From the IMG/VR virus record IMGVR_UViG_3300037421_000066, positions 1 to 53,109 of that record: 53,109 nucleotides of DNA; one strand, given 5' to 3'. The notes beneath the pieces are model-generated. The model was not told the DNA's origin. It worked only from the letters and a program-made list of their open reading frames with translations, and did no database searches. The translations under genes and the position numbers were made by a program. Below, in pieces: positions 1-10,122 of the stretch. The stretch is from a virus. Its lineage: Duplodnaviria > Caudoviricetes. Each line of letters begins with the position of its first letter. Position 1 is the stretch's first letter.

Positions 1-127
1 CGCCTCTCTGCCGGCACGAGCATCCGCCCGCGCGCCGAGGCCGAACGGCGCTGGCAGGTCGATACCCCCGAGCAGTGTGTTTGCGAGCGAAAGACTCATG
101 CTGGGCTTCGCCCTTTGCAAAAAAAAA
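1..127. repeat. Terminal direct repeat (copy 1), identical to 52983-53109; circular contig overlap
   Basis: CGCCTCTCTG...TTTGCAAAAAAAAA is identical at both ends; 127 bp matches a common assembler k-mer size. Confidence 0.95.
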
Positions 128-373
128 CGGAAAGCGGAATGTGGCTTCGCCTCTCAGGCTGGGGTTGAGCGGTCGGAGAACTTTGGCGCTTGCGGCTGCT
201 GATCGGCCTACGGCTCTCAAGCTGGGCTTGGTATGCTGGCTCCCGCGCGCGAAGCGTTGGCGGAAATTTTGAAAGTTTTCGGGCTTGCTTCTTGGGATGC
301 GTTGTGGGAGAGTTGATGCGATGGCAGTGCGTTGCTCAAATGCGGTATACTTCCGAAGCAAGGAGGGCAAACC

Positions 374-526
374 ATGACGATGAGGACGCTCTTGATTGCG
401 ATGTGCGTGGCGCTCGATCTGCCGGGGTGCGCTGCGGCGGTCAAAGCCAGCGGCCCGCTTCCGCCGGTTGTGCCGGCTCACGCGAGGATATGCCCGCCCA
501 ACGTGCATAGCGGTCCTTGCCGCTGA
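374..526 (+). CDS. Small putative lipoprotein
   Basis: AGGAGG RBS at 361; MTMRTLLIAMCVALDLPG-C lipobox-like; TATACT -10 at 346-351. Confidence 0.5.
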   Translation: MTMRTLLIAMCVALDLPGCAAAVKASGPLPPVVPAHARICPPNVHSGPCR

Positions 527-1014
527 GCGCCGATTCTGACCGGGCGGAACTACTGTCGCGTTTGATCGAGACGCAGGCGTCGTATCGGCGGCTGGCTGGT
601 GCTCCGGCGATCGTCCGGTCTGAGATGCTCGAGTCGGCGTTCGAGGCGGTGCTGCTAGTTGGTCGCTTCAACCGGGCTCATCCCGAGTTGCGGATCACGC
701 CGCTACCGTGCTGCTGATGCGCGCTGGCGACGACCCGGAACTGTGGATTGCCAGCGTTTTGCTCGCTTCGATGCTGCTCGTGATTGTTGGGCTGGCGGTG
801 ACGTTTGCGATCGGCTTTCACCGGTGAGAGCCCGTGTCCCAGCGCCCGACGAGCCTTCAGAATGGGAGAAGGGGTTTTATGATTATCAGACACATATATA
901 TGCAGAGCACTTGTATACCTGGAAGCATAAAAACTGGTGCCGTCGGTTCGGGTGCTCCTGGAGGGATTGCCCTTACCTCGACAGGATTAAGGCGTTAGCG
1001 CGAGCGCCGGAATA

Positions 1015-1470
1015 GTGGAATTGCATCACCGCCGCTTGATAGATGACCCAGCGTACCTTGCTGAATGCCGCAGCGAATGCCAAGCCCATGATTTTTCCAA
1101 GAATGTCGTCGTCGCCGGTAAACTAGTTCACGATACTGACCGCGAGTGTTGCCGGATTCAAGACTGGGAAACAACAAGGCGTTTGTTAAACCCGGAGCAA
1201 TTCCTGGATAGCACGCCTGATGAGTTTGGCAGATGGGCTAGGGCCTTGAAGGCCGGGAAAATTTCCCAGGAGGAGCACGACGCGCGCTTCTCCATGACGC
1301 GGGCAGAACGCGACGCCTGGTGGGATAAGCATCTGCCACCCCGTATTAGGCTGAGCGCGGCGCGGCACAACGCTCGACATCACGAAGGTGACCCGTTAAT
1401 CGAACACCCCGAGATTGCTCCTTGTACTATTTGTGACGCGCGTAGGCAACATGGAGCGCCCCGTATATGA
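1015..1470 (+). CDS. Hypothetical protein
   Basis: 151-aa ORF tightly packed in a run of small + strand ORFs (523-2700). Confidence 0.55.
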   Translation: MELHHRRLIDDPAYLAECRSECQAHDFSKNVVVAGKLVHDTDRECCRIQDWETTRRLLNPEQFLDSTPDEFGRWARALKAGKISQEEHDARFSMTRAERDAWWDKHLPPRIRLSAARHNARHHEGDPLIEHPEIAPCTICDARRQHGAPRI

Positions 1471-1603
1471 GCGCCCGCCTTCGCTGTTTCTTCACGCATC
1501 GCCGCTGGAACGGCTGGGTGCGGGAGTTCTCGCCCTGGCACCTGGGCGGGCGCCGATGCCTGCTGTGTAACAACTTCTTACCTCGGCTATAAGCCGTGAA
1601 AGG

Positions 1604-1828
1604 ATGCTTCCTATGTATGAAGCTAAGTCCACCGAAGCTCCGCTGCTTGACCGCGTTGCGAACCTTGAGGAGCAGTTAAGCTACACGAATAATACGCTCG
1701 CGCAAGTCACCGACGACTACAACCGGCGTGTTTCTCAACTTGAACATATCCTCGGAACTGACCGAATACCACAGGCTCCGCCAGCAAATTCGATAAGCGG
1801 CGTAAGAATTTCGGGGGCGTTCCGATGA
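1604..1828 (+). CDS. Hypothetical coiled-coil protein
   Basis: Heptad pattern; ATGA overlap with next ORF. Confidence 0.6.
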   Translation: MLPMYEAKSTEAPLLDRVANLEEQLSYTNNTLAQVTDDYNRRVSQLEHILGTDRIPQAPPANSISGVRISGAFR

Positions 1829-2214
1829 CCCGAGAAGTGATCGACCCCGCCGAGCTTCGCGCGTTGAAACGACTTCGCCGCGAGGGCTACGCCAAAATGC
1901 CGAACGAGGGAACGCTGCGCGCGGCGACCGAGTATGAGCGCACGCGGATGGGGTCCTACCAGCAAGAGAAGCAAGTCCGCGATAGCGGCCTGGCGCAAAA
2001 GGCGCAGTTTGCGCTTGGGGTCATCTCGCAGAACGTGCCGGCCGAACGGCGCGACACCGAGCTGGAAACCAAAGCCAAGCAGGTGCTAAACGCCATCTTC
2101 GATGAGGTGCTGACGGAGATCGCCAACCCGCCGAAGCCGCCGAGTGAAGCGCCGCCGCAAGAGCCCGAGGAGTTCGAGGAGTTCGCCCTTGACGGCGCCG
2201 AGGCGGTTGTCTAA
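1825..2214 (+). CDS. Hypothetical protein
   Basis: Coupled ORF, typical GC-rich codon usage. Confidence 0.7.
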   Translation: MTREVIDPAELRALKRLRREGYAKMPNEGTLRAATEYERTRMGSYQQEKQVRDSGLAQKAQFALGVISQNVPAERRDTELETKAKQVLNAIFDEVLTEIANPPKPPSEAPPQEPEEFEEFALDGAEAVV

Positions 2215-2269
2215 CCAGGAATCTCCTGCCGCTTTCACCGAATCACCGCGCTCGTAGGAGGGCCGCCGC

Positions 2270-2692
2270 TTGCCCGTCATTTTCAATGTAGCCGCCGCGA
2301 TTGGCCTGATGTTCTTCTTCCTGGTCGCCGTGGCGATGGTCGGCGGAGCGCTTTGGATCTTTGCTCACGCCTTCCGCGAGCTTCAGTTCGCACGCCTGGC
2401 GGCGCTCAACGCCGATGCTTCACGGGAAACATTGCGCGCGAGCAGCGAGGCGGTTGACGAACTGGCCGGACACCGCGAGCGACTGAGCCGCGAGAGCGGC
2501 GGGCTTCCGAGCGATGCGGAACTTCGCCGCGCGGCATTCGAGCAGACGGCGGCGGAACTTGGTTTAGAGGACGCCACGCTGCCCGAGCAATATACAGATG
2601 TAGAACAGAACGCCATGCGCCTGAGCCCCAACGGCGAGGCGGACATTCCTCCGGATTCGCTTTATGACATCGCTGCCGAACGCGAACGGTAG
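2270..2692 (+). CDS. Membrane-anchored hypothetical protein
   Basis: AGGAGG upstream; N-terminal hydrophobic segment followed by acidic helical region. Confidence 0.65.
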   Translation: MPVIFNVAAAIGLMFFFLVAVAMVGGALWIFAHAFRELQFARLAALNADASRETLRASSEAVDELAGHRERLSRESGGLPSDAELRRAAFEQTAAELGLEDATLPEQYTDVEQNAMRLSPNGEADIPPDSLYDIAAERER

Positions 2693-3383
2693 GGTCAGGC
2701 CGGGTGGTCATAAGAAGAAGCGCGGTCTCTCAACTGTGGCCCCAGATGACTTTCCGGGCGCACTTCACTACGAACGAGGCTTGCGCCCTAGCAGAAGAGA
2801 CAAAATCAAGGCGGCCGTCGAGGAGAACGCCAAGCTGAGAGCAGCGATGGAAACGCCGATGGACCGCGAGCAGTGGGCAAAGCACACGCCGCAAGAACTA
2901 CGCGACCAATTCGCCGCCTCGGCCCTTATCGCCGCGGAGCTTCACCCGCACCGTGCGCTCCGTCGCCTAGGATTCTTTATCGAGGACGCCGCCGAGCGCG
3001 AGGCGCTGATAGAGGAGATTTTTGAAACGCCCGGCGTGCAGTCCATCCTCTCAGACGACGCCAAGGCGTTCGCCGGCAAGAAGTCGGTGGTCATGCAGCG
3101 GCTCTATCAGATCGTTCGCACGGAAGCCCCCGACCTGGCCGTGCGGGCCGCCGGGCAACTCTCAAAGATGATCGACGGCTGGCAAGACGGCGAGAAGAAC
3201 AAAAACGCCGGGCAGACGTTGAACTTCTTGATGCAAATGGGGACACCGGCGGGCGTTGCGTCGGTGCGGAATGTTACCGGCGCGGTCGCCGAACTGCCGC
3301 CTGGCGAGGAGATAATCGACGCCGAGGCGTTCTTCGTTGACCGTAGCGAGGAGGTCGTAGCCGTGGTGGACGACCCGAAGTGA
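2664..3383 (+). CDS. terS: Putative terminase small subunit
   Basis: Upstream of TerL; VMQRLYQIV...AVRAAGQLSKMIDGW resembles the TerS oligomerisation helices. Confidence 0.55.
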   Translation: MTSLPNANGRVRPGGHKKKRGLSTVAPDDFPGALHYERGLRPSRRDKIKAAVEENAKLRAAMETPMDREQWAKHTPQELRDQFAASALIAAELHPHRALRRLGFFIEDAAEREALIEEIFETPGVQSILSDDAKAFAGKKSVVMQRLYQIVRTEAPDLAVRAAGQLSKMIDGWQDGEKNKNAGQTLNFLMQMGTPAGVASVRNVTGAVAELPPGEEIIDAEAFFVDRSEEVVAVVDDPK

Positions 3384-3646
3384 AGCCGCACATTGCCATT
3401 AGTGAATCCGAAGGCCAGACCTTCTACGAGCGATACTTGCGGCCAATTCTTGAGTCTGACCCTGTTTGGCCCCAAATATCCGAAGAACTCAACACCTTTG
3501 CTGAAAATGCCTATACCGGAGGCCTGAAGGGATATACCAGAGAGGAGACTCTCTATCGGTTCAAAGATAGTGTGGAAGCGAAATACGCGCAGCTGCGAAC
3601 CGCCGCGATGTTCGACTTTCCACCGATGGTACCGAGCGGCGAATGA
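3380..3646 (+). CDS. Hypothetical protein
   Basis: GTGA/ATGA overlaps on both sides. Confidence 0.6.
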   Translation: MKPHIAISESEGQTFYERYLRPILESDPVWPQISEELNTFAENAYTGGLKGYTREETLYRFKDSVEAKYAQLRTAAMFDFPPMVPSGE

Positions 3647-4086
3647 GTTGCGTAGCTGCGGTTTACCGCGACAAGCCAACCGCCCGCGATGCTCAGCATC
3701 GGATCTCGCGCCGCTATCACTTCTCAACCAGCATCCGCTTCTGCGAAGAACACGACGGATACCATACCATCGCCAACCTTGGCAGGATGAAGCTCCCCAA
3801 ACGTGCGCTAGAAACGATGGAACTTCTCGGCCAAGGCTTCAACCAAAACGAGATTTGCAAGATTATGGAAGCTCCCCGCTCGACCGTCGAGTGGTATCTG
3901 AGGTGTCTCAAGGACGGATTCGGCGCGAACTCAAATGAACACCTCATGGTCCTTGCGATAGGGACCGGCGCACTCAACGTCACGAACTTTTTGCCCGGCT
4001 TTATAGAAGATGGAGCGAACGACTATGCCCGATCGAACGGTGAGCGAACGAGAGTTGAGGGAGTCAGCGCGGCTAGTAGCGTCTGA
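3643..4086 (+). CDS. LuxR/GerE-type HTH transcriptional regulator (candidate late activator)
   Basis: LPKRALETMELLGQGFNQNEICKIMEAPRSTVEWYLRCLKDGFGANS matches the LuxR C-terminal HTH pattern. Confidence 0.75.
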   Translation: MSCVAAVYRDKPTARDAQHRISRRYHFSTSIRFCEEHDGYHTIANLGRMKLPKRALETMELLGQGFNQNEICKIMEAPRSTVEWYLRCLKDGFGANSNEHLMVLAIGTGALNVTNFLPGFIEDGANDYARSNGERTRVEGVSAASSV

Positions 4087-4342
4087 CCTGCTAGAGAAAA
4101 TACACGAGGCGATAGCCAACCCCGCGCCGAGCCCCGAGAAGCTCGAAGCGTATGCGAACCTGCTGTCGGCGCTCGACGGCTGCGCGGCGGAACCGGGATG
4201 ATCGAACTCTATGAGTTCTGGCCCGCAAAAACATTGGTGGCTTGGGGCAAGCTGGCAGTTTGCTGCCCGTACTTTACAAAAGATGGCGATGTTTACACCG
4301 TTCGGTTTTTTGACGCTATGCTTGGGCTGAACTAATGATTAG

Positions 4343-6355
4343 CGCGCCCCGAAGTTAGCGCCAACCAGCGATGCCGAGTGGAAGGCGCGGCTAGAACGCT
4401 TCCGTAGCGATCAACGCTATCGGATAGAGTCGCTGTACTTTATCCGAACGCAGGCTCGTAAGACTATCCGCTTGCGCTTCAACGAGGCGCAAGTCAAGTT
4501 GTATGAGTGCCATCAGTGGTTCCGCGAACGTCGGATGCCAGTGAGAATCATTATCTGCAAAGCGCGCCGAGCGGGTCTTTCAACCGGCGTCGAGTCGCTC
4601 ATGTTCGACGACACGACGATGCACGCGCATACCGACTCGCTCATCGTTTCGCACCAACTTAATCCGTCCGAGAACGTGCTTGGTATGTGCAAAGTCTTTT
4701 GGGACCATATGCCACAGAAGCTGCGCTTCAAACTCTCGACGGGCGACGAGATCGTTAACGTGCGCCCGCCGATGCACCCCAAGTATTCCGGCGAATTGCC
4801 AAGCGATAAAATCGAGTTTGCGCCGCCGCTTTCGTCGCGCATTTTCATCGCTACGTCGAAGTCGGTTGACGCCTATCGTTCGTTCGCGTTCCAGAATCTT
4901 CACGCCACCGAAGTTGCGTATTACGCCGACGCGGGCAACCTGTTCACCGCCCTCATTGCTACCGTGCCGCTTGAGCCCGAAACGGCGATTTACATGGAGT
5001 CAACGCCCAACGGCATGGGAGGAGTGGGCGAGTGGTTCTTCGAGCATTGCTATGATGCAGAGCTAAACGGCGCCGAGCCCGACTACGGCGAGTCGCGCCT
5101 CGTCTTTATCCCGTGGCATGAGCTTGTCAAGTCGTTCACGCGCCCGTTCGACTCAATGGAGAACCGCGCGCGGTTCGAGCGAAGCCTAGACGAGCACGAG
5201 AAAGACTTACTCAAGCAGTTTCCGCATATCACGCTGGAGCAACTAAACTGGCGTCGAGCGCGTATCTCGCAGCCCGACTTTGCCAAGGATGAGGAGAAGT
5301 TCTACCAGGAATACCCCGAGTCGCTAACCACCGCGTTTCTTGCCAGCGGCTCGATGGTGTTCTCGCGCCAAGCGATGCAGAGGCTGTCGCTCAACACGAA
5401 GCCGCCGTTATGGGAGGGCGACATCTACTGGGGCGAGTCCGACGCGCAAAACGTCTACGACTCGACGTACAACACCGTTCGTCGCCCGAAGTTCCTCTCA
5501 CCCGGTAAGGCCGAGTCGCAAGGCTTCAGTTCGCACACCATTAACAAGACGATGGATAACCTCAAGGTGTGGCGCTGGCCCAACAAGGGCGAAACGATCG
5601 TCATTGGCGCGGACATCGCTCGCGGAAATCCCCGAAGCAAAGACGCCGACTACTCGGCTATCTGCGTGCTGGTCCTCAACGAACTCGAGCGCGACGAGTT
5701 GATTATGACCTGGCGCGGGCGCATCAACACCATCTCCTTCGGGGACGTGCTGGCGGCGCTCGCGTGGGCTATCCGCTACAACGTCGGGGACAAGATACGC
5801 GCACCGATCCTCGCGCCGGAGTGGACCGGGCCAGGCACGGCGACGTGCACCTATATTGACGAGCGGCGGCTTTACCCGCTGTGGCACTACCGAATGCCGG
5901 GCGTGCAGGGCTTCCCGGCGAGTAAGCACGTCGGCTGGGAAAGCAACGGCAAAACCAAGCCGTTCGCCGTTTCCGCAATGGTGCAGTCGGTAGAAAATAA
6001 GCAGGTTGAAATCTTCTCGAAAGAGCTCGTTCAGGAGATGGCCGCCTATCGTCAGCAGGGGGCGATGGCCGACGAGGCGAGTTACGGCGGCGTCGGGGCG
6101 CACGACGACCTTGTTTCCGCCTTTCAGATTGCCAACGCTATCTGTCGTTTCGAGGCGCGGATTAACCCGCACGAGAGCGATGAAACCTCCGTGGTGAACC
6201 TCGACGCTCCGCCGATTGGCGACTCGGGCGGGATGCGCGTCGAGCCGTTTGACGAGTTCGAGGCGATGGCTGGCCTGCCGCAAGGTGAACGGCTCATCGA
6301 GGACGCGGCCGATGCGTTCAACGAGCTAGACTTCAGCGAGCGCGGCTATTACTAG
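4343..6355 (+). CDS. terL: Terminase large subunit (frame open from 4343; first canonical start TTG 4472; true start unresolved)
   Basis: RFNEAQ Q-motif, KARRAGLST Walker A, LHATEVA Walker B, MESTPNG coupling motif, IGADIA and HDDLV nuclease motifs. Confidence 0.95.
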   Translation, partial: RAPKLAPTSDAEWKARLERFRSDQRYRIESLYFIRTQARKTIRLRFNEAQVKLYECHQWFRERRMPVRIIICKARRAGLSTGVESLMFDDTTMHAHTDSLIVSHQLNPSENVLGMCKVFWDHMPQKLRFKLSTGDEIVNVRPPMHPKYSGELPSDKIEFAPPLSSRIFIATSKSVDAYRSFAFQNLHATEVAYYADAGNLFTALIATVPLEPETAIYMESTPNGMGGVGEWFFEHCYDAELNGAEPDYGESRLVFIPWHELVKSFTRPFDSMENRARFERSLDEHEKDLLKQFPHITLEQLNWRRARISQPDFAKDEEKFYQEYPESLTTAFLASGSMVFSRQAMQRLSLNTKPPLWEGDIYWGESDAQNVYDSTYNTVRRPKFLSPGKAESQGFSSHTINKTMDNLKVWRWPNKGETIVIGADIARGNPRSKDADYSAICVLVLNELERDELIMTWRGRINTISFGDVLAALAWAIRYNVGDKIRAPILAPEWTGPGTATCTYIDERRLYPLWHYRMPGVQGFPASKHVGWESNGKTKPFAVSAMVQSVENKQVEIFSKELVQEMAAYRQQGAMADEASYGGVGAHDDLVSAFQIANAICRFEARINPHESDETSVVNLDAPPIGDSGGMRVEPFDEFEAMAGLPQGERLIEDAADAFNELDFSERGYY

Positions 6356-6363
6356 GGTCCAGC

Positions 6364-6382
6364 GGTCCTAAGTGTTCCAGAG
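6364..6382 (+). promoter_or_regulatory. Late-promoter motif copy 1, GGTCCTAAGTGTTCCAGAG
   Basis: Intergenic just after the terL stop; identical copy at 24002, 1-mismatch copy at 11399. Confidence 0.75.
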
Positions 6383-6417
6383 TCGTGCGTGCGGGCGACG
6401 GTTTGGAGGATACATGC

Positions 6418-6801
6418 ATGAACGGGGAGGCCTGGGTGGTCCGCTTCTGCATTTCATGCGGAGAGCAAACCCATGATTATCCAAGCGCCAAGAGCCCCGA
6501 GTGCTTCTCCTGTGGCAACGCTAAGAACCCGTACGCGCAGAAGAATATCCGCTTTAGTGTTGACGCCGCCGGCGAGGATTCCACCAACCCGGCACGCATC
6601 GCTGACGGCACGGCGGGTTACAACTTGGCGCTCCCGGACGTTCCCGGCGAGGTCATCGGCAAGGACGCCTACGGAATGACCAAGCGGCGGATGCGTCCGG
6701 TTCTCAATTCGGAGATCGCTTCGACTCGCCAGCTTCGCGAGATGGGCAAGCGCGCAGGTCTTACAATGTTGGAAGCACCCAAGCGCGCAGTAGGGCGCTA
6801 G
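6418..6801 (+). CDS. Zinc-ribbon (FmdB-like) protein
   Basis: CISC...CFSCG at the N-terminus; head-module location. Confidence 0.6.
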   Translation: MNGEAWVVRFCISCGEQTHDYPSAKSPECFSCGNAKNPYAQKNIRFSVDAAGEDSTNPARIADGTAGYNLALPDVPGEVIGKDAYGMTKRRMRPVLNSEIASTRQLREMGKRAGLTMLEAPKRAVGR

Positions 6802-6809
6802 AGGAGTCT

Positions 6810-7694
6810 ATGAAGAAAGCAATCATCGGTATTCTTGCGGTTCTGGCGATTCTAATTTCCAATGCTCCGGGCATTCGCCTGGCGGCCGCTCCTGCGAGCG
6901 TTGCTTCCATCACGTTCGCGTTGAACAACGGGGCGTGCAGCAGCACCATGACGCTCCCGACTACTGCGGCGCAAGTTGAGGCAGACGTTTACGGGCCTCC
7001 TGGTCCTGGAACAGCAACGGTCCAGTACCAAACCGCCGCTGGAGGGGCCTGGGCGGCAATGCCTGGCCCGACCATTAACGGCGAAGGTGACTACATTTAC
7101 ACTGTGCCGACAGGTGCGTTGACCACGCGCATCTGCGTATCGAATACCGTCAACCCGAACATGAACGGGCAGCTTATGGCTGGCCTCGCGCTGCCGGCTG
7201 GGAATATCTATCTCGGCTGGGCTTCGCCGTCGCCGGGGCCTTTGGCTTCGGTCGCAACGGGAGCGACGGCCTACGTCTATCAGACGTTGCAGAGCTTTCC
7301 CGTTCAGTGCTATAGCTTCTCGCCGACTGGGCAATGCCTGGTCATTTTCAATGGTGACGTGGCGCTCGCCGCCGCGACTCCCATAACGGGAGAGTTCTTG
7401 GCGGCCTGCGTGGCGGTATCGAGTACGCCATCTCCGCTGCCGACTTCAGTTCAATGGACGAACCCTTCGTCTACGACCGCTCCGTGCGCGTCGTCAGCTC
7501 CGACGAACGCGCTTGCCGGGAGTCAGCAGTTCGGCCAGTCGGCGACCAGCACCGATGCGCTTACATCGTATGTGCATTGGTCCGGGACGATGCCTTCGGG
7601 CCAGGCGATCACGCTACTGTTCCAGGTCGAGGGCAGCACTACGTCAACGCAGACCGCGCAGGGCTCCGGCTCGGCCCTGGTGATACCGTTCTAG
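6810..7694 (+). CDS. Secreted beta-rich protein with Sec signal peptide (exported structural/accessory protein A)
   Basis: GAGGAG RBS; MKKAIIGILAVLAILISNAPGIRLAAA; 6 Cys; Thr/Ser/Pro rich. Confidence 0.8.
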   Translation: MKKAIIGILAVLAILISNAPGIRLAAAPASVASITFALNNGACSSTMTLPTTAAQVEADVYGPPGPGTATVQYQTAAGGAWAAMPGPTINGEGDYIYTVPTGALTTRICVSNTVNPNMNGQLMAGLALPAGNIYLGWASPSPGPLASVATGATAYVYQTLQSFPVQCYSFSPTGQCLVIFNGDVALAAATPITGEFLAACVAVSSTPSPLPTSVQWTNPSSTTAPCASSAPTNALAGSQQFGQSATSTDALTSYVHWSGTMPSGQAITLLFQVEGSTTSTQTAQGSGSALVIPF

Positions 7695-7695
7695 C

Positions 7696-8043
7696 ATGGG
7701 ATACTTGAATGCGCTCCAATCTGCCGCCGCGCCGATGGGCTCGCCGCCGCCGACGCCTGCGCCGAACGTCGGGACGCCTCCGCCGCTTCCCAGCACCGAG
7801 CCGCCGCCGTATGATGCGGCGCAGGACCCTGCGTGGCGCGGGATTCTTGACCCGCAAAATCATGCGATGCGGACGTTTCTAAATGAGCTGTCACCCGAGC
7901 ATCGGCAAATGTTGCTCCAGGAGATTTTGCGGCACAAGGCGCAAGCGCACCGCCCAAATCCGATTCCGCCACAGGCAGGGCCGATGCCAGTCATGGGTGC
8001 TCCGCCCATTCCCGCAGGCGCATCTCCGCTCGGACCTCCGTAA
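7696..8043 (+). CDS. Pro-rich putative internal virion protein
   Basis: Directly upstream of portal; N-terminus MGYLNALQ. Confidence 0.65.
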   Translation: MGYLNALQSAAAPMGSPPPTPAPNVGTPPPLPSTEPPPYDAAQDPAWRGILDPQNHAMRTFLNELSPEHRQMLLQEILRHKAQAHRPNPIPPQAGPMPVMGAPPIPAGASPLGPP

Positions 8044-8046
8044 CCC

Positions 8047-10122
8047 TTGGCAATCGTTGAAGCCCGACCCGGGATACCTCTGCGTGAGTGGCAATCCCGG
8101 CAGCGCGAAGCGGCTCTGGCAAAGCGCCCCCGCGACGATGAGGACGAGCTTGAGCTAAGCCCCGAAGCGACCGAGCGCTATAGAATTTTGCGCTACTGCG
8201 CGAAAACGCTCGAAACGGCTCGCCGAACGCGTAAGCCGCACGAGACATTTGACCGCGCGTGGGCGCTCTACAAGGGCGACGTGTGGAGCCCGCGCCGCGC
8301 CCCGTGGCGTGCGTCCATCACGATCAACAAGATCCGCGCCTTCATCACGTTCATCCAAGCGATTATGACCGACAACAAGCCGCGCGTGTCGGTCGAGCCG
8401 CTCGTTCCCGGCTCTGAGGACGCCGCCGACCTGCTCCGCAAGCTATCCGACCGCGATTGGGACGAGAACGATATGCAACTCGTCTGCTCGCTGTGGGTGC
8501 TGTACGGGCTCATTTGGGGCTATGCGTTCGTCAAAGTCTACTACGACCCGTACGCCAATGGCGGGCGAGGGAAGCATTGTACCGATGTCATCCCGCCGTA
8601 CGAGATTTTCGTCAACCCCGACGCCAAGAGCGTTGAGGATGCCGAGTACATCATTCATTGCAAGCAGATGACGATGGGCTGGATCCGGCGCAACTTCCCA
8701 GTTCAAGCGCGGATGGTTGATAAGGTCAAAGGTTTCAAGACGCACGACGAGAGCGATAAGATGGGCGACCGCAACCGCGACTACGTTCGCGACGGCGACA
8801 ACAAGGCGCCGCGCATCCTGTCGGCTATGAACATTGACGGAAACGTAACCTACCCGCCGTCGCCTATGACGCAGAACCGTTACTTCGATGACGACCGGGA
8901 AACGGTGGAGATTGCGGAGTATTGGCTGCGCGACGAAACGCTGGAAGCCTATCAGCGCCCGATCGTTAAGGGCGGCAAGATGGAGATGCAGCCGGAGGTC
9001 GTAGACGGCGTTGCGGTCATGGAAGTGGTCGGGACCAAGCAGATAATCAGCGATATAGATGGAACGCTTATCTCGGTCCCCGACCGCCAACCGAAGATGG
9101 TTCCGAAGATGGAAACGGCCTGGCGCCTGAAGTTTCCCAACGGGCGGCTCATCGTTATCGCCGCCGGGAAAATCTTACTTCGCGACATCCCTAATCCGTA
9201 TCAGACCGATGGCTTCCCGTTTTCAATGTGGAAAGACTACGACGTTGGCAGCGTGTACGCGCAAGGCGAACCGCTCGCGCTGCAATCGTGCGCCACGGCG
9301 GTCAACAAAATCGCCAGCCAGGTCTACGAGATTCTGCAGAAGATGGGCAACCCGGGCTGGAAAATCAAGAAGGGCGCGGGCGTCAACACAAACGCCATTA
9401 CCGGCCAGCCGGGACAATGCGTGCCGATGGAAGATACCCAGCAGGGCATGGTGCCGCTCGACAAGCCCACCATTCCGGGCGAGTTCTTCACGCTGTTCAA
9501 CATCATCACCGAGGGCATGGCGGAAGTGTCAGGCGTGAACAACGCCGTCACCGGAACGATGAAAGCTGATAACACCGGATACGCCGCGATCGACCAGCTT
9601 CAAGAGAGCAGCAGCGCCCCGATTCGCTTGAAGGTCCGCAACTTCGAGGCAGGCTTACGTCGTTACGGAAAGCTGCGGATTCAACTAATCCAGCAGTACG
9701 ACAATGGCGATCGACCGCTGAAGATCGAGAAGCCGTTTGATCCGGACGTTGTGCAGCCCGCTGGCGACGTTCAGGTTGAGTTTAGGAACTATAAGAACGC
9801 CGATTTGCAGGGGCTTGTTGATTTCCAGGTTGTGCCCATCTCGTCGCTATCGGTCAGCCCCTCGGGAACGTGGAATCGTTGGCTCACGCTCAAGGACAAG
9901 GGAATCATTGACTTGATCGCGTGGCACGAGAAGAACCGAATCGAGGGCTGGAAAACGACCCTTCCTCGGATGCTGGCGCAGCAGAAAATCGACATGGCGC
10001 AGGCTACCGCCGCGAAGGCGGCATCGAAGGGCGGCGGTAGCGGAGCGAAGTCTGCCGCGCAGTCGAAGCGCGGCCCTGCAAGTCAACTTCCAAGCCGCCA
10101 ACAGAATGCAGCGGTGCGCTGA
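8047..10122 (+). CDS. Portal protein (P22/podovirus-like)
   Basis: 691 aa after TerL; TINKIRAFI, IFVNPDA..EDAEY, EVSGVNN..TG motifs typical of portals. Confidence 0.9.
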   Translation: MAIVEARPGIPLREWQSRQREAALAKRPRDDEDELELSPEATERYRILRYCAKTLETARRTRKPHETFDRAWALYKGDVWSPRRAPWRASITINKIRAFITFIQAIMTDNKPRVSVEPLVPGSEDAADLLRKLSDRDWDENDMQLVCSLWVLYGLIWGYAFVKVYYDPYANGGRGKHCTDVIPPYEIFVNPDAKSVEDAEYIIHCKQMTMGWIRRNFPVQARMVDKVKGFKTHDESDKMGDRNRDYVRDGDNKAPRILSAMNIDGNVTYPPSPMTQNRYFDDDRETVEIAEYWLRDETLEAYQRPIVKGGKMEMQPEVVDGVAVMEVVGTKQIISDIDGTLISVPDRQPKMVPKMETAWRLKFPNGRLIVIAAGKILLRDIPNPYQTDGFPFSMWKDYDVGSVYAQGEPLALQSCATAVNKIASQVYEILQKMGNPGWKIKKGAGVNTNAITGQPGQCVPMEDTQQGMVPLDKPTIPGEFFTLFNIITEGMAEVSGVNNAVTGTMKADNTGYAAIDQLQESSSAPIRLKVRNFEAGLRRYGKLRIQLIQQYDNGDRPLKIEKPFDPDVVQPAGDVQVEFRNYKNADLQGLVDFQVVPISSLSVSPSGTWNRWLTLKDKGIIDLIAWHEKNRIEGWKTTLPRMLAQQKIDMAQATAAKAASKGGGSGAKSAAQSKRGPASQLPSRQQNAAVR

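Noticed and set aside
1-127. 127-bp repeat as a biological terminal repeat
   Set aside because: Length equals a standard assembler k-mer; best read as a circularisation overlap
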